A DNA stretch of 64,000 nt, taken from Actinomycetota bacterium. GTDB lineage: Bacteria; Actinomycetota; Acidimicrobiia; Acidimicrobiales; JACCXE01. Made by a program: the position numbers and the translations under genes. The stretch lies in NCBI GenBank assembly GCA_041166405.1, contig JBEEFV010000093.1, forward strand, positions 21,252 through 85,251, in the 5' to 3' direction. A model generated the notes under the pieces. It was given only the letters and a program-made list of their open reading frames with translations, searched no databases and had not been told where the DNA came from. This document shows, piece by piece, positions 44,979-54,284 of the stretch. The first letter of the stretch is position 1, and each line of letters begins with the position of its first letter.

Positions 44979-46684
44979 GAGACGCGGCTACAACAACATC
45001 GCCCGTCGATCAGCGGCCTGACGACCTGCCCGATCCTCCGTACGAAGGCACGCCCCGTCCGAAGATCGGCGATACCCGGCCCGCGCCGCCCGCACCGGCG
45101 GCGTCAGTAGCGTCGAGACTCGACCGCGGCGAAGGCCAGCGGTCGTCGACCTCCGGTGCCGCACGACGCCGTCGGCGCCGCGCCGGCCAGCAACGACGCT
45201 CTGAAGTTGACGCCGTCGACAGCCCTTTGGCGCCAACTGGCGACACCGCCGCCGCTAGCGACCAAAAGGCGGAACGCGCCGAGCGCCCGGCGCGCGCGCG
45301 TACGCGCGGCGGACGCGGGCGGGGACGCGATCGCGATCGCCGCGAAGAAGACTCCGTATCCGTCGAGGACATGCGCGTCGGCCGCACCCGCGGTGGGCGC
45401 GCCGTCGGGCGCTACCTCATGTGCGTGCACGTCCGTGACGAGGTCACGCAGATCGCCGTGCTCGAAGGCCGAGCGCTGATCGAGCACTACGTGTCGCGTC
45501 CGCAGGACGACGCCACCCAGATCGACGGCAACATCTACCTCGGTCGCGTGCAGAACGTGCTGCCGGGCATGGAGGCGGCGTTCGTCGACATCGGCACCCC
45601 GAAGAACGCCGTGCTGTACCGCGGCGACGTCCAATACGACCGTGGCGACCTGGACACGGCGACGGCGCGCGAATCAGTCCGTATCGAGAACCTGCTGCGG
45701 CCCGGCCAGGTCGTCACGTGCCAGGTGACGAAGAACCCGATCGGTTCCAAGGGGGCGCGCCTCACCCAGGAGGTGTCGCTGCCCGGCCGGTTCGTCGTGC
45801 TCGTGCCGAACAGCGACACGTACGGCATCTCGAAACGCCTGCCCGACGACGAGCGCAAGCGACTCCGCCGCATCCTCGACGACATCAAGCCCGAACGCCA
45901 CGGCCTCATCGTGCGCACCGCCGCCGCCGGCGTGAGCGCCGACGAGCTCGTGGCCGACGTACGCCTGTTGAGTGAACGGTGGGCGTCGATCGAGGACCAG
46001 CAGCGGCGAACCAAGGCGCCGGCGCTGCTGTACCGGGAGCCCTTCGCGGCGCTGCGCATCATCCGTGAGGAGTTCAACGCTTCGTACCGCGGCATCGTCA
46101 TCGACAACCGCGAGCTGTACGAGCAGGTGCAGAACTACGTCCGCGACATCAGCCCAGGCCTGGCCGATCGAGTCGAGTTCTACGACCCGGACGAGGGCGA
46201 CAACGGTGGGCTGCCGATCTTCGAGCGCCATCACATCCACGAGCAGCTGCACAAGGCGCTCGACCGCAAGGTGTGGCTCCCGTCGGGCGGCTCGCTGATC
46301 ATCGAGCGCACGGAGGCGCTGACCGTCATCGACGTGAACACGGGGCGCAACGTCGGCTCGTCGTCGTTGGAGGAGACGGTGTACCGCAACAACCTCGAGG
46401 CGGCCGACGAGATCGCCCGTCAACTCCGGTTGCGTGACATCGGCGGCATCATCGTCATCGACTTCATCGACATGGAGATCAAGCAGAACCGCGACGACGT
46501 GATTCGGGCGTTCCGGTCAGCCTTGGCCCGCGACAAGACGCGCACGCAGGCCTTCGAGATCTCCGACCTCGGCCTCGTCGAGATGACCCGCAAGCGCATC
46601 GGCGAAGGCCTCGTCGAGTCGATGTCCAAGACCTGTCCCATGTGCGAGGGCCGCGGCCTCCTCATCGACGAGGACTCCTACTAG
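44912..46684 (+). CDS. rne: Ribonuclease E/G family endoribonuclease
   Basis: Arg/Pro-rich disordered N terminus, S1 domain GNIYLGRVQNVLPGMEAAFVDIG, VIDVNTG, IIVIDFIDM, CP.CEGRG zinc link. Start uncertain; it overlaps the DUF2344 3' end by 67 nt. Confidence 0.9.
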   Translation: MSEPSPEYTPTPRRRRRRPNRVGDAATTTSPVDQRPDDLPDPPYEGTPRPKIGDTRPAPPAPAASVASRLDRGEGQRSSTSGAARRRRRRAGQQRRSEVDAVDSPLAPTGDTAAASDQKAERAERPARARTRGGRGRGRDRDRREEDSVSVEDMRVGRTRGGRAVGRYLMCVHVRDEVTQIAVLEGRALIEHYVSRPQDDATQIDGNIYLGRVQNVLPGMEAAFVDIGTPKNAVLYRGDVQYDRGDLDTATARESVRIENLLRPGQVVTCQVTKNPIGSKGARLTQEVSLPGRFVVLVPNSDTYGISKRLPDDERKRLRRILDDIKPERHGLIVRTAAAGVSADELVADVRLLSERWASIEDQQRRTKAPALLYREPFAALRIIREEFNASYRGIVIDNRELYEQVQNYVRDISPGLADRVEFYDPDEGDNGGLPIFERHHIHEQLHKALDRKVWLPSGGSLIIERTEALTVIDVNTGRNVGSSSLEETVYRNNLEAADEIARQLRLRDIGGIIVIDFIDMEIKQNRDDVIRAFRSALARDKTRTQAFEISDLGLVEMTRKRIGEGLVESMSKTCPMCEGRGLLIDEDSY

Positions 46685-46697
46685 CCCGTTTTCCTCC

Positions 46698-46746
46698 GAA
46701 CTGGTCCTCCCAGTCACCGCGCGACGGTTGTGGGGAGGACCAGTTC
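46698..46746 (+). promoter_or_regulatory. Perfect 14-bp stem-loop between rne and rplU (terminator or L21-operon leader)
   Basis: gaactggtcctccc (46698-46711) pairs with gggaggaccagttc (46733-46746), with a 21-nt loop. It ends 37 nt before the rplU ATG. Confidence 0.5.
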
Positions 46747-46783
46747 GCTGGGAAAAGCCGGTTCGTCTACAATCTCCGGTCCT

Positions 46784-47089
46784 ATGTATGCAGTCATCCG
46801 GACGGGCGGGAAGCAGTACAAGGTCGCTGAGGGCGAACGCCTCGACGTCGAGAAGGTCACCGGCGACGAGCTGTCTTTTGTGCCGTTGATGCTGGTCGAC
46901 GGCGACACCGTGCTCGCCGGGCCGGCCGCCGCCGGCGCGTCGGTCGCTGCACGCGTCGTGGGTGAGGGCCGGGGCAAGAAGATCCGCGGCTTCACGTACA
47001 AGAACAAGACCAACCAGCGGAAGCGCTGGGGCCACCGGCAGAGCTTCTCGACCATCGAGATCACCGGGATCACGAAGGGCGCTAACTGA
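46784..47089 (+). CDS. rplU: 50S ribosomal protein L21
   Basis: [14 protein letters not shown] from ATG 46784. 101 aa. Confidence 0.95.
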   Translation: MYAVIRTGGKQYKVAEGERLDVEKVTGDELSFVPLMLVDGDTVLAGPAAAGASVAARVVGEGRGKKIRGFTYKNKTNQRKRWGHRQSFSTIEITGITKGAN

Positions 47090-47090
47090 C

Positions 47091-47336
47091 ATGTCGAAGA
47101 CAAAGGGCGGCGGCTCAACCCGCAACGGCCGCGATTCCAACGCACAGCGCCTCGGCGTGAAGGTGTTCGACGGCGGCGTCGTGCGCGCCGGCGCCATCAT
47201 CGTGCGCCAGCGCGGCACCAGGATCCATCCCGGTGAGAACGTCGGCAAGGGTGGCGACGACACGCTGTTCGCCCTCACCGACGGTGCGGTCAAGTTCGGC
47301 GAGCGCCGCGGCCGCAAAATCGTCAACGTCCTCTAA
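47091..47336 (+). CDS. rpmA: 50S ribosomal protein L27
   Basis: [24 protein letters not shown] from ATG 47091. 81 aa. Confidence 0.95.
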   Translation: MSKTKGGGSTRNGRDSNAQRLGVKVFDGGVVRAGAIIVRQRGTRIHPGENVGKGGDDTLFALTDGAVKFGERRGRKIVNVL

Positions 47337-47369
47337 GACGTTCGCGGGAGCATTTCCCGCAGACCTGCC

Positions 47370-48599
47370 ATGAGTTCCTCCTTCGTCGACACCGCGCAGG
47401 TGCACGCCAAGGGTGGCAACGGCGGCGCTGGTTCGGTGTCGTTCCGTCGTGAGGCGCACGTGCCGCGCGGTGGTCCCGACGGCGGCGACGGCGGCGACGG
47501 TGGCGACGTGTGGCTCGTGGCTGATCGCAACACTGCGTCGCTGCTGTCGTTCCGCGACCACCCGCACCGCCGCGGCGAGGCGGGCATCCACGGCCAAGGC
47601 AAGCAGAAGCACGGCAAGCGCGGCGCCGAGTGCATCGCGACCGTCCCGATCGGCACCGTCGTCAAGGACGCCGACGGCGAAGTGCTCGCGGATCTCCACA
47701 CCGATGGGATGCGGTACCTCGCGGCGAAGGGCGGCCAGGGCGGACGCGGCAACGCGCGCTTCCTCGCCAACCAGCGACGCGCCCCGGCGTTCGCGGAACA
47801 GGGCGAGATGGGCGAAGAGCGCTGGCTCGACCTCGAACTCAAGCTCATGGCCGACGTCGCGCTGGTCGGGTTCCCGAACGCCGGCAAGTCGACATTCATC
47901 TCCGCCGTCAGCGCCGCCAAACCCAAGATCGCCGACTACCCGTTCACCACGCTCGAACCGCACCTCGGCGTCGTGCGGATCGGCGAGCGCGAGATGGTCA
48001 TCGCCGACATCCCTGGTCTGATCGAGGGCGCCAGCGAAGGCAAAGGGCTCGGCCACGAATTCTTGCGTCACATCGAACGCGCGCGCGTGCTGCTCATCCT
48101 GATCGACCTGGCGTCAGCCGAGGGCCGTGACGCGCAGTACCAACACGACGCGTTGCTGCACGAGCTCGGCAATCACGAGCCCGATCTGCTGGACCGCCCG
48201 CGCGTCGTCGTGGGCACGAAGGCCGACGCCGCCGTCTTGGATTGGGACGGCGACCGCATTTCGGCGGCGACGGGCGAGGGCGTGCGCCCACTGGTCGGGC
48301 GCTTGATGGATCTCGTCCACGAGGCGCGCAACGTCGAGCCCGAACGCGAAGCGTTCGTCATCCATCGACCCGAGCCCGAGGGATTCCGCGTCGAGCGCGA
48401 CGGCAACGAGTGGGTTGTTCTCGGGCGCGCCGCCGAACGCGCCGTCGCGCTCAGCGACCTCACCGATGTCGGAGCGCTGCAGTACGCGCAGCAGCGACTG
48501 AAGCGCCTGGGCGTCGACCGGGCGCTCGCCCGCGCCGGCGTGCGGCCCGGTGATGCCGTGCGCATCGGCGGCTTCGTGTTCGAATACGAGGCGGACTGA
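47370..48599 (+). CDS. obg: GTPase Obg/CgtA
   Basis: FVDTAQVHAKGGNGGAGSVSFRRE, G1 GFPNAGKST, DIPGLIEGA. 409 aa. Confidence 0.95.
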   Translation: MSSSFVDTAQVHAKGGNGGAGSVSFRREAHVPRGGPDGGDGGDGGDVWLVADRNTASLLSFRDHPHRRGEAGIHGQGKQKHGKRGAECIATVPIGTVVKDADGEVLADLHTDGMRYLAAKGGQGGRGNARFLANQRRAPAFAEQGEMGEERWLDLELKLMADVALVGFPNAGKSTFISAVSAAKPKIADYPFTTLEPHLGVVRIGEREMVIADIPGLIEGASEGKGLGHEFLRHIERARVLLILIDLASAEGRDAQYQHDALLHELGNHEPDLLDRPRVVVGTKADAAVLDWDGDRISAATGEGVRPLVGRLMDLVHEARNVEPEREAFVIHRPEPEGFRVERDGNEWVVLGRAAERAVALSDLTDVGALQYAQQRLKRLGVDRALARAGVRPGDAVRIGGFVFEYEAD

Positions 48600-49699
48600 T
48601 GACCACGGTCGTAGCGAAGATCGGCACGAGCTCCATCACCGACGCGCGCGGCGACATCGCCGCTTCGGCGATCACCAAGCTGGTGGACGAGGTCGCGTCG
48701 CTGCGCGCCGAAGGTCACCGCATCGTGGTCGTCACCAGTGGCGCCATCAGCGCGGGGCTGCCGCGTCTCGGGTTGCACGAACCGCGGCCCACCGACTTGC
48801 CGACGCTGCAGGCGGTCGCCGCCGTCGGCCAAAGCCGCCTGATGCGGGTGTACGACGACGCGTTCTCATCCCACGACCTCGTCGTCGGGCAGGTGTTGCT
48901 GGCGCCGCTCGACTTTGGTCACCGCCAGCAGTACCTCCACGCACGCCAGACCCTCACGCGCCTGCTCGACCTGGGCGTGATCCCGGTCGTCAACGAGAAC
49001 GACGCCATCGCCGACGACGAGATCCGGTTCGGCGACAACGATCGCTTGGCGGCGCTCGTCGCCCACCTCGTCGACGCCGACCTCCTCGTGCTGCTCACCG
49101 ACATGGAGGGCGTCTACACCGCTGACCCGCGCCTCGACGCCGACGCCACGTTGATTGAAGACATCGTCGCCGTCGATGCCGCCATCGAAGCCGCGGCCGG
49201 GGGAGCGGGGACGGAGCGGGGCAGTGGCGGCATGGCGTCGAAACTGGCGGCGGCGCGTATCGCGTCGCGCAGCGGCGTGCCCACGGTGATCGCCGCGGCG
49301 AGCCGCGACGCGGTGCTCCACGCAGCGCTGCGCGGCGAAACGGGCATCGGCACGGTCGTGCGCGCGTCGAGCGGGAAGAAGCTGTCGGCGCGCAAGCTGT
49401 GGATCGCGTTCGCGCTGGCGTCGCACGGGACGATCACCGTCGACGACGGCGCGCGGCGCGCCCTCGTCGAACGCGGCACGTCGCTGTTGCCGGCCGGCGT
49501 GACCGGCGCCGACGGTGCGTTCTCAGACGGCGACGGCGTCGAGATCTGCGGGCCCGACGGCGTCGTGTTCGCCAAAGGCATCGCCGCGCACGACGCGGCC
49601 TGGGTGCAGCGCGCCAAGGGGAAGCGCACCGATGCGCTCACTCCCGGTGAGGATCACGAGGTCGTCCACCGGGACGACCTCGTCGTGCTCGACGGCTGA
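48599..49699 (+). CDS. proB: Glutamate 5-kinase
   Basis: VVAKIGTSSIT, VVTSGAI, and a C-terminal PUA-like region. 1-nt overlap with obg. Confidence 0.95.
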   Translation: MTTVVAKIGTSSITDARGDIAASAITKLVDEVASLRAEGHRIVVVTSGAISAGLPRLGLHEPRPTDLPTLQAVAAVGQSRLMRVYDDAFSSHDLVVGQVLLAPLDFGHRQQYLHARQTLTRLLDLGVIPVVNENDAIADDEIRFGDNDRLAALVAHLVDADLLVLLTDMEGVYTADPRLDADATLIEDIVAVDAAIEAAAGGAGTERGSGGMASKLAAARIASRSGVPTVIAAASRDAVLHAALRGETGIGTVVRASSGKKLSARKLWIAFALASHGTITVDDGARRALVERGTSLLPAGVTGADGAFSDGDGVEICGPDGVVFAKGIAAHDAAWVQRAKGKRTDALTPGEDHEVVHRDDLVVLDG

Positions 49700-49709
49700 G
49701 TCTTGAGCG

Positions 49710-50492
49710 CTAGGACTCCGGCGCGCTCTCCGTCTTGGCGTCGGAGATCGCCGGCGCCTCGGCGGCCGGTGCGCTGATCCCGAGCTGCTCCTTGATCTGA
49801 TCCAGACGGGCGGAGGCCTCGGTGTCCTGCGCGGCGCGCTCGACTTCGAGCATGCGCGTCTCGACCGTGGCGCCCTGCAACTCCGCGTTGCCGATCGCTT
49901 TCGCGTAGCGCGCCTCGATCTTGTCGCGGACCTCGGCGAGCGTCGGAACGTCCTGGCCGACGGCGGCAGTCAACTGCGCCATCGCCTTGTTCATCTGCTC
50001 CTGCATCTTCGCCTGGTCGAGCTGGCTGAGCAGCTTCTGCTTCTCGTTCAGCTTGATCTGCAACGCCGAGGAGTTCTGCTGGACGGCGGCCTTGGCCTTG
50101 TCCGACGCCTCGGTCGCCTGCAGCGAAAGCGCCTTGAGGTTCTCGACCTCCTTCTCGATCGACACAAGACGACCGGCGAACGCTTCGGCGGCGCGGGTGT
50201 ACTCCGCGGCCTTCGCGGTGTCGCCCTTCTTCGTCGCCTCGTCGGCCATCAGCACGGCTTGGCGCGCCGACGCGTTCTGCTTCTCGAGATCCTCCATCGA
50301 GCGTGACAGCCGCATCTCGGTCTGCTTCTGGTTGGCGATGACGCTGGCGGCCTGCTCGGTAAGGCGTCGGTGCTGATCCTGTGCCTCTTGGATCGCCTGC
50401 TCCAACTGGATCTTCGGGTCGGCCAACTGGTTGAACTTCATGTTGCCCGCGGTCGTGAAGTACCGGCGGATGCGTTGCAGCAACTTGAACAT
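49710..50492 (-). CDS. pspA: PspA/IM30 (phage shock protein A) family protein
   Basis: MFKLLQRIRRYF...ADPKIQLEQAIQEAQDQHRRLTEQAA and a long coiled coil. 260 aa. Confidence 0.9.
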   Translation of the reverse strand: MFKLLQRIRRYFTTAGNMKFNQLADPKIQLEQAIQEAQDQHRRLTEQAASVIANQKQTEMRLSRSMEDLEKQNASARQAVLMADEATKKGDTAKAAEYTRAAEAFAGRLVSIEKEVENLKALSLQATEASDKAKAAVQQNSSALQIKLNEKQKLLSQLDQAKMQEQMNKAMAQLTAAVGQDVPTLAEVRDKIEARYAKAIGNAELQGATVETRMLEVERAAQDTEASARLDQIKEQLGISAPAAEAPAISDAKTESAPES

Positions 50493-50509
50493 GGCCGCAG
50501 GTTAGCGAG

Positions 50510-51013
50510 TCACGTGGGGTGCACTTCGGCGATCGCTTGACGGAGGGCTTCGAGGTCGCCGACGACCGACTCGACGTCGTCGGCGACGGCGTCGAGGCCG
50601 CTCAGTTGTCCGGTCGCCAACTCTGCGGCGCGGGCGACGGCCTCGTCGAGGTTCTTCGTCAACGCCGCGAGTTTCTGGCGAGTGTCGTCCTCGCGCGCTC
50701 GCATTCGCGTGAGGGAGTCGGAGTTCGTGTCGGCGACTTCCAGCAGGGTCTTGTGCAACTGGTAGCCGCTCTCGGCGATGCGCCAGCAGGCGTGGACGCC
50801 GTCATCCACTCGCGCGTCGATGTCGCCGAGGCGGTCGCGCAGCGGACCTTCCCGCACCGTGGCGATGATGCGTCCGAAGCGGGCTTTGGCTTGCTGCGCG
50901 TCCTGCACGAAAGACCGCCACGGATCGGTGAGCGTGAACGGATCGATCCGTTCCTTCTTCTGCTTCTTGGTACGGCGAAACCAGCTCAACGCGGTTCGCG
51001 CCACATGAGCCAC
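50510..51013 (-). CDS. Hypothetical coiled-coil protein upstream of pspA
   Basis: The ORF-track version (to 51349) overlaps the GNAT gene. Candidate starts are GTG 51013 or 51004, or TTG 50989 (overlapping the GNAT stop). No motif recognised. Confidence 0.5.
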   Translation of the reverse strand: MAHVARTALSWFRRTKKQKKERIDPFTLTDPWRSFVQDAQQAKARFGRIIATVREGPLRDRLGDIDARVDDGVHACWRIAESGYQLHKTLLEVADTNSDSLTRMRAREDDTRQKLAALTKNLDEAVARAAELATGQLSGLDAVADDVESVVGDLEALRQAIAEVHPT

Positions 51014-51588
51014 ACCGAGGGGCCCTTGCCTCCGAGCAACGGCAGTTCGCGCGTCACCTCGAAGCCGTGGCGGCTGTAGAAGGGGATGTTCTTTTCCTTG
51101 CTCGACTCGAGGTACGCGCCGAGGCCTTGCTGGTCGCACTTTTCGAGCACCGGCGCAAGCACGGCCGAGCCGAGGCCCTTGCCTTGTGACGCCTGTTCGG
51201 TGCCGAGCACCGCGAGGTAGTAGTGGTCGCCCGGCGGATGCGCGGCCTCCACTTCGAGAAGCGCCCGCAGCGCGCGCGGCAACGCCCTGCCGAGGATGCG
51301 CGCGAACGCGGGCGCGTTCTTGATCGTCGCCCAGTTGCTCATCCGCCACTTACCGGGCGGCGCCCAGATGGCGGCGCCGCTCAGTGCATCGGTCGTCCAC
51401 GCCTCGTCGTTCGGCAGGTAGTGCTTCGCCAGCTCGTGCGCGAAGAACGACTTGTACGTCTTGGCGCGGTTCTTCTGCGGGAACAGGAATCCGAAGACGG
51501 GATCGTCGTCGAACGCGCTCGCCAGCGCGGTCGAGAGGCGGTCGACGTCGGCCATCGTGGCCTTGCGCACCTCGCTCATGAGCCTCAA
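50986..51588 (-). CDS. GNAT family N-acetyltransferase
   Basis: AcCoA-binding Q-x-x-G-x-G motif (QGKGLGSAVL). C-terminal FYSRHGFEV. 200 aa. Confidence 0.8.
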   Translation of the reverse strand: MRLMSEVRKATMADVDRLSTALASAFDDDPVFGFLFPQKNRAKTYKSFFAHELAKHYLPNDEAWTTDALSGAAIWAPPGKWRMSNWATIKNAPAFARILGRALPRALRALLEVEAAHPPGDHYYLAVLGTEQASQGKGLGSAVLAPVLEKCDQQGLGAYLESSKEKNIPFYSRHGFEVTRELPLLGGKGPSVWLMWREPR

Positions 51589-51611
51589 CCTATCGCCGGT
51601 ACTCTTGCGTC

Positions 51612-52850
51612 ATGGACGTGGCGGCGCAGGGTGCCAAGGTGAAGAACGCCGCGCGCGCCGTCGCGCTCGCCAGTACCGACTCGAAGAACGCGGCGCTGCT
51701 CGCCGCCGCCGACGTTCTGGTCGCTCGAACCGACGAGATCCTCACCGGCAACGCCGCTGATGTCGCCGCCGCGGAAGACGCCGGTGTGTCGCCGACGGTC
51801 GTCGATCGCCTCCGGCTGACGCCGGCGCGCATCGAGTCGATGGCCGACGGTCTGCGTCAGGTTGCGGCGCTGCCCGATCCCGTCGGCGAAGTGCTGGAGG
51901 GTTGGGTCCGGCCCAACGGGCTGCGCATCGAGCGCGTGCGCGTGCCGCTCGGCGTTGTCGCCATCATCTACGAAAACCGCCCGAACGTGACCTCCGACGC
52001 CGCGGCGTTGTGCATCAAGTCCGGCAACGCCGCGTTCCTGCGCGGCTCGTCGGGGGCGTTGCAGTCGAACCGCGCGATCGCCGCGGCGTTGCGCGACGGC
52101 ATCACGAAGGCGGGCCTGCCCGACGACGCCGTCACGCTCGTCGACGACGTGTCGCGCGAAGCCGCGGTCGAGTTCATGCGCTTGCGCGGCGTCATCGACT
52201 GCTTGATTCCGCGCGGCGGGCCGTCGCTCATCGCGTCGATCCTCGAAAACGCCACCGTGCCGTTCGTCATCGACGGCGACGGCAATTGCCACGTGTACGT
52301 CGACGCGTCGGCCGACCTGGAGATGGCCGAAGCGATCGTCGTCAACGCGAAGACGCAGCGGCCGTCGGTATGCAACGCCGCCGAGTCGTTAGTCGTGCAC
52401 GCGGCGCTCGCAGAGTCGTTCCTGCCGCGCGCCGTCGCCGCCCTCGATGGCGTCGAACTCGTCGGCGACGCGCGAGCGCGCGCCATCGTCCCGTCCATCG
52501 GCGAAGCGAGCGAGAGCGACTTCGCCACGGAGTTCCTCGACCTCAAGATGAGCGTGGCGGTCGTCGACGACCTCGACGCCGCCATCGCGCACGTCAACCG
52601 TTACAGCAGCGGTCACAGCGAAGCGATCATCACGAGCGACCTGTGGGCGTCTGAGCGGTTTACCCACGAAGTCGACGCCGCCGCGGTGATCGTGAACGCG
52701 TCGACCCGCTTCACCGACGGCGAGCAGTTCGGCTTCGGCGCCGAGATCGGCATCTCCACCCAGAAGCTGCATGCCCGCGGTCCGATGGGCCTGCGCGAGC
52801 TCACGACCACGAAATACGTCGTCCACGGGAGCGGCCAGATCCGTCCGTGA
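51612..52850 (+). CDS. proA: Gamma-glutamyl phosphate reductase
   Basis: Aldehyde-dehydrogenase-type VCNAAESLVVH with catalytic Cys. 412 aa. Confidence 0.95.
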   Translation: MDVAAQGAKVKNAARAVALASTDSKNAALLAAADVLVARTDEILTGNAADVAAAEDAGVSPTVVDRLRLTPARIESMADGLRQVAALPDPVGEVLEGWVRPNGLRIERVRVPLGVVAIIYENRPNVTSDAAALCIKSGNAAFLRGSSGALQSNRAIAAALRDGITKAGLPDDAVTLVDDVSREAAVEFMRLRGVIDCLIPRGGPSLIASILENATVPFVIDGDGNCHVYVDASADLEMAEAIVVNAKTQRPSVCNAAESLVVHAALAESFLPRAVAALDGVELVGDARARAIVPSIGEASESDFATEFLDLKMSVAVVDDLDAAIAHVNRYSSGHSEAIITSDLWASERFTHEVDAAAVIVNASTRFTDGEQFGFGAEIGISTQKLHARGPMGLRELTTTKYVVHGSGQIRP

Positions 52851-52905
52851 CACATGTCACGCCCGCTCGTGGAACGCCGGGCGGACGTGCGGTGTTGAAC
52901 GGGAT

Positions 52906-53364
52906 ATGGAGATCCGTCCCATCGAACCAGGCGATGCGCAGGCACTGATCAAGGCGCACGACCACCTGAGTGATGAATCCCGCCGCCTGCGGTTCTTCCA
53001 TGCGCATCCGAGGATGACCGAGGCGGAAGCGTCGTTCTTTACCGAGGTCGACCACGTCGACCGCGAGGCCTTCGTCGTGACGGATGGCAAGTACATCGTG
53101 GCGGTCGGCCGGTACGACCGCGTGGCGCCGGACGCCGCCGAGGTCGCCATCACGGTCGGCGATTCGTACCAGCATCACGGCCTCGGGACGATGCTGCTCG
53201 ACGCGCTGGCGCAACGGGCACAGCAAGTCGGGATCACCCGCTTCGTCGCCGACACCTTCGGCGACAACCGCGCCGCCATCGGGCTGGTCCGCCACTGGGC
53301 ACCCCGGCGGACGTCGAGCCTCGACAGCGGGTTCATGCACTTCGAGATGCCGCTCTCCGCGTAA
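52906..53364 (+). CDS. GNAT acetyltransferase (Pat C-terminal-domain-like)
   Basis: ATG at 52906 (MEIRPIEPGD). RLRFF and YQHHGLGTMLL motifs. 152 aa. Confidence 0.75.
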   Translation: MEIRPIEPGDAQALIKAHDHLSDESRRLRFFHAHPRMTEAEASFFTEVDHVDREAFVVTDGKYIVAVGRYDRVAPDAAEVAITVGDSYQHHGLGTMLLDALAQRAQQVGITRFVADTFGDNRAAIGLVRHWAPRRTSSLDSGFMHFEMPLSA

Positions 53365-53402
53365 CTAGACCGACCGGTCAAGTTTTTCACTAGCATCGGC
53401 GG

Positions 53403-54284
53403 ATGGACCAAGAACACCGGTTTGAGTCAGTCGCCGAAGTCCGTCAGAAGCTGCACGACGTCGCGTATCTCGCCGACGACGGCATCGCCGGTGTCGTGCA
53501 TCTCGCCGATCGCCTGCAGAAACCGATCCTCGTCGAGGGCCCCGCGGGCACCGGCAAGACGCAGCTGGCGAAGTCGGTGGCGGAGATCACCGGCAGCCGC
53601 TTGATCAGGCTCCAGTGCTACGAAGGTCTCGACGAGGCCAAGGCGCTGTACGAGTGGAACTACAAGAAGCAGCTGCTGCGCATCCAAGCCCAGCGCGTGT
53701 CGGAGTCCGAAGGCGCCAAGTGGAGCGAGATCGAAGAGGACATCTTCGGCGAGGACTTCCTGATGACGCGACCGCTGCTCGAAGCCATCCGCGCCGAAGA
53801 GCCCGTCACCCTCCTCATCGACGAGGTCGACCGCGTCGAGGTCGAGACCGAGGCGCTGTTGCTGGAGATCCTGTCCGAGTACCAAGTCTCGATTCCCGAG
53901 CTCGGCACCGTGACGGCGACGCAGATCCCGCTCGTGTTCCTCACGTCGAACAACACGCGTGAGTTGTCCGAGGCGCTGAAGCGTCGCTGCCTGTTCCTCC
54001 ACATCGACTACCCGTCGCTCGAGCGCGAGAAGGAAATCGTCGTCACGCGCGTCGAGGGCATCACCGATCACCTCGCCGACCAGATCGTGCGCATCGTGCG
54101 CTCGATCCGTTCGATCGACTTGAAGAAAGCGCCGTCGGTTTCCGAGACGCTCGACTGGGCGCGCACGCTCGTGCTGCTCGGCATCCAGTCGATCGACGCC
54201 GAGCAGGCGAAGGAAACGCTGCACATCCTGCTCAAGTACCAAACCGACATCGCGAAGGCGACGAAGGAACTCAGCGACAGCTAA
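53403..54284 (+). CDS. MoxR-family AAA+ ATPase
   Basis: Walker A VEGPAGTGKTQLAKS, Walker B LLIDEVDR. 293 aa. Confidence 0.9.
   Translation: MDQEHRFESVAEVRQKLHDVAYLADDGIAGVVHLADRLQKPILVEGPAGTGKTQLAKSVAEITGSRLIRLQCYEGLDEAKALYEWNYKKQLLRIQAQRVSESEGAKWSEIEEDIFGEDFLMTRPLLEAIRAEEPVTLLIDEVDRVEVETEALLLEILSEYQVSIPELGTVTATQIPLVFLTSNNTRELSEALKRRCLFLHIDYPSLEREKEIVVTRVEGITDHLADQIVRIVRSIRSIDLKKAPSVSETLDWARTLVLLGIQSIDAEQAKETLHILLKYQTDIAKATKELSDS

Noticed and set aside
53365-53402. Palindrome gaccggtc followed by tttttc between the GNAT gene and moxR, considered as a terminator
   Set aside because: The stem is only 4+4 bp, which is too weak to call, and the genes may well be co-transcribed.
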